This document shows, piece after piece, positions 62,583 to 64,000 of a stretch of DNA of 64,000 nucleotides (positions are counted from its first letter, which is position 1; each line of letters opens with the position of its first letter). The stretch is from an uncultured Chloroflexia bacterium (lineage in GTDB: Bacteria > Chloroflexota > Limnocylindria > Limnocylindrales > CSP1-4). The stretch is from assembly GCA_963707215.1 (NCBI GenBank), contig CAVPPB010000001.1, positions 832,001 through 896,000 of the forward strand, in the 5' to 3' direction. A model generated the notes under the pieces. That model was not told the DNA's origin, made no database searches, and saw nothing but the letters and a program-made list of their open reading frames with translations. Both the position numbers and the translations under genes were made by a program.

Positions 62583-64000
62583 ATGAGAAGAACCCCCACC
62601 GCCGTGTCGCCCCGAGCCGCCCTGACCGCCTCGACACGCGCCCTGTCGAGGAAGGTCGTGTCTACGGGCCAAGCCGTAAGGCCATTTGTTGTGGCGGTCG
62701 CAGCGATCGCGGCGATCGCGGCAGCCGCGCCCGCCGCGGTGATCGGCCAGCAGGCAGACGGCAACGCGGCGGCCGCGGATGCGCAGCACTTTCCCGGCGA
62801 CGCGGTAACTCAGAGCAGTGTCACGATTGGTGGCGAGACCGTCGAGTACACGGCGCGCGCCGGCACCTTGCCGCTCGCAGACGAGGCCGGCAACACTTTG
62901 GCGAACGTCTTCTACATCTCCTACACGAAGAACGGCGTCACTGACCTCTCCGAGCGGCCGCTGCTGTTCTCGTTCAACGGCGGCCCGGGCTCGGCTTCGA
63001 TGTGGATGCACATCGGCCTGGTCGGTCCGCGCCGTGTCCGGCTCGGCGATGGCGGCGGCGTGCATCGCGATCATTCGCCCGCCCGCCTGGCGCCGCCGGC
63101 CGAGATGATCGACAACGAATACTCCCTGCTGGACCTCGCCGACCTGGTGTTCATCGACCCGGTATCGACGGGCTACAGCCGCGCGCTACCCGGGGTCGAC
63201 GCCGGCCGGTTCCACGGCTTCGCGGAGGACATCGCCGCGGTCGGTGAGTTCATTCGCCTGTATGTGTCACGCAACGAGCGTTGGGACTCGCCCAAGTTCA
63301 TCATCGGCGAGAGCTATGGCACGCGCCGCGCCGCGGGTTTGTCGGCGGCGCTGCAGGGCGGCATGGGGATGGACCTGAACGGCCTCATCCTCGTGTCGGC
63401 GGGCTCGATCGGCGAGCAGTTCGGCAACTTCGGCATCCTGGAGTACGCCATCAACCTCCCCCACGCCGCCGCCACGGCCTGGTACCACGGAAAGCTGCCG
63501 GCGGATCTGCAGTCGAGACCCCTGCGCGGGCTCCTCGACGAGGTCGAGGCGTTCGCCCTCGACGACTTCGCCCTGGCGCTGCTGCAAGGCAACAAGCTCA
63601 CCGAACAAGAGCGCGCCGAGATTGTCGCCGAGGTAGCTCGTTACACCGGCCTGTCGGAGGAGTATGTCGACGCCGTCCACTTCCGCATCAACCTCGATCG
63701 CTTCCGCAAGGAGCTGCTGCGCGACCAGGGCCTGACCGTCGGTCGACTGGACTCCCGCTTCACCGGCAACGACTACGACTCGGGGGGAGAGACCTACGAG
63801 TACGACGCCTCGATGGCCGCCATCCGTGGACCCTTCACCCAGACCTTCAACAGCTACGTGCGCGATGAGCTCGGCTACCACTCCGACCTCGACTACGCGG
63901 TCTCGGGCAACGTGCGGCCCTGGAACGATCCTCCTCCCGGCATGAACCTGCTCGAGACCCTACGCAGCTCGATGGCGCAGAACCCACATCTGTACGTGAT
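62583..64000 (+). CDS. Secreted S10-family serine carboxypeptidase (runs off the window end)
   Basis: FSFNGGPGSAS, DLVFIDPVSTGYS, IGESYGT, VGRLDSRF. Confidence 0.9.
   Translation, partial: MRRTPTAVSPRAALTASTRALSRKVVSTGQAVRPFVVAVAAIAAIAAAAPAAVIGQQADGNAAAADAQHFPGDAVTQSSVTIGGETVEYTARAGTLPLADEAGNTLANVFYISYTKNGVTDLSERPLLFSFNGGPGSASMWMHIGLVGPRRVRLGDGGGVHRDHSPARLAPPAEMIDNEYSLLDLADLVFIDPVSTGYSRALPGVDAGRFHGFAEDIAAVGEFIRLYVSRNERWDSPKFIIGESYGTRRAAGLSAALQGGMGMDLNGLILVSAGSIGEQFGNFGILEYAINLPHAAATAWYHGKLPADLQSRPLRGLLDEVEAFALDDFALALLQGNKLTEQERAEIVAEVARYTGLSEEYVDAVHFRINLDRFRKELLRDQGLTVGRLDSRFTGNDYDSGGETYEYDASMAAIRGPFTQTFNSYVRDELGYHSDLDYAVSGNVRPWNDPPPGMNLLETLRSSMAQNPHLYV

Overview
High-GC bacterial sequence with many single-base indels, which look like long-read errors. 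It appears to consist of two joined segments. Segment 1 (1 to ~54,440) resembles a monoderm Chloroflexota genome, possibly Limnocylindria/Ellin6529 (inference only). It carries a Tat-exported group 1 [NiFe]-hydrogenase with non-canonical active-site residues, an arsenic cluster (arsR, arsM, MerR-ArsC fusion, aquaporin, ArsA/Get3-like ATPase), and a PotABCD-type transporter operon with four tandem non-pyrrolysine MttB methyltransferases and a corrinoid protein. Its highlight is a ~23 kb co-oriented multiheme cytochrome locus (24,272-46,932) with about 40 c-heme motifs. This locus encodes a Rieske/cytochrome b/decaheme complex, a two-component system, TPR and NHL accessory proteins, two tandem hexaheme cytochromes matching the motif order of the Geobacter OmcS nanowire subunit (including the CxxCHxxH inter-subunit His, and sharing a near-identical 368-bp 5' repeat), a large stalked octaheme protein, a dedicated System II maturation set, an ImcH/NapC-like decaheme and a PCYCGC lipoprotein. 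It is a candidate porin-free cytochrome-nanowire extracellular electron transfer system. Segment 2 (~54,440-64,000) begins by truncating a flavin oxidoreductase gene and has a different codon style. It contains an outer-membrane beta-barrel-like gene, glgP-pfkA-fbaA, a cupin and an S10 peptidase, and is probably a chimeric join or foreign DNA. Comparisons with reference proteins are from recall; no database searches were run.
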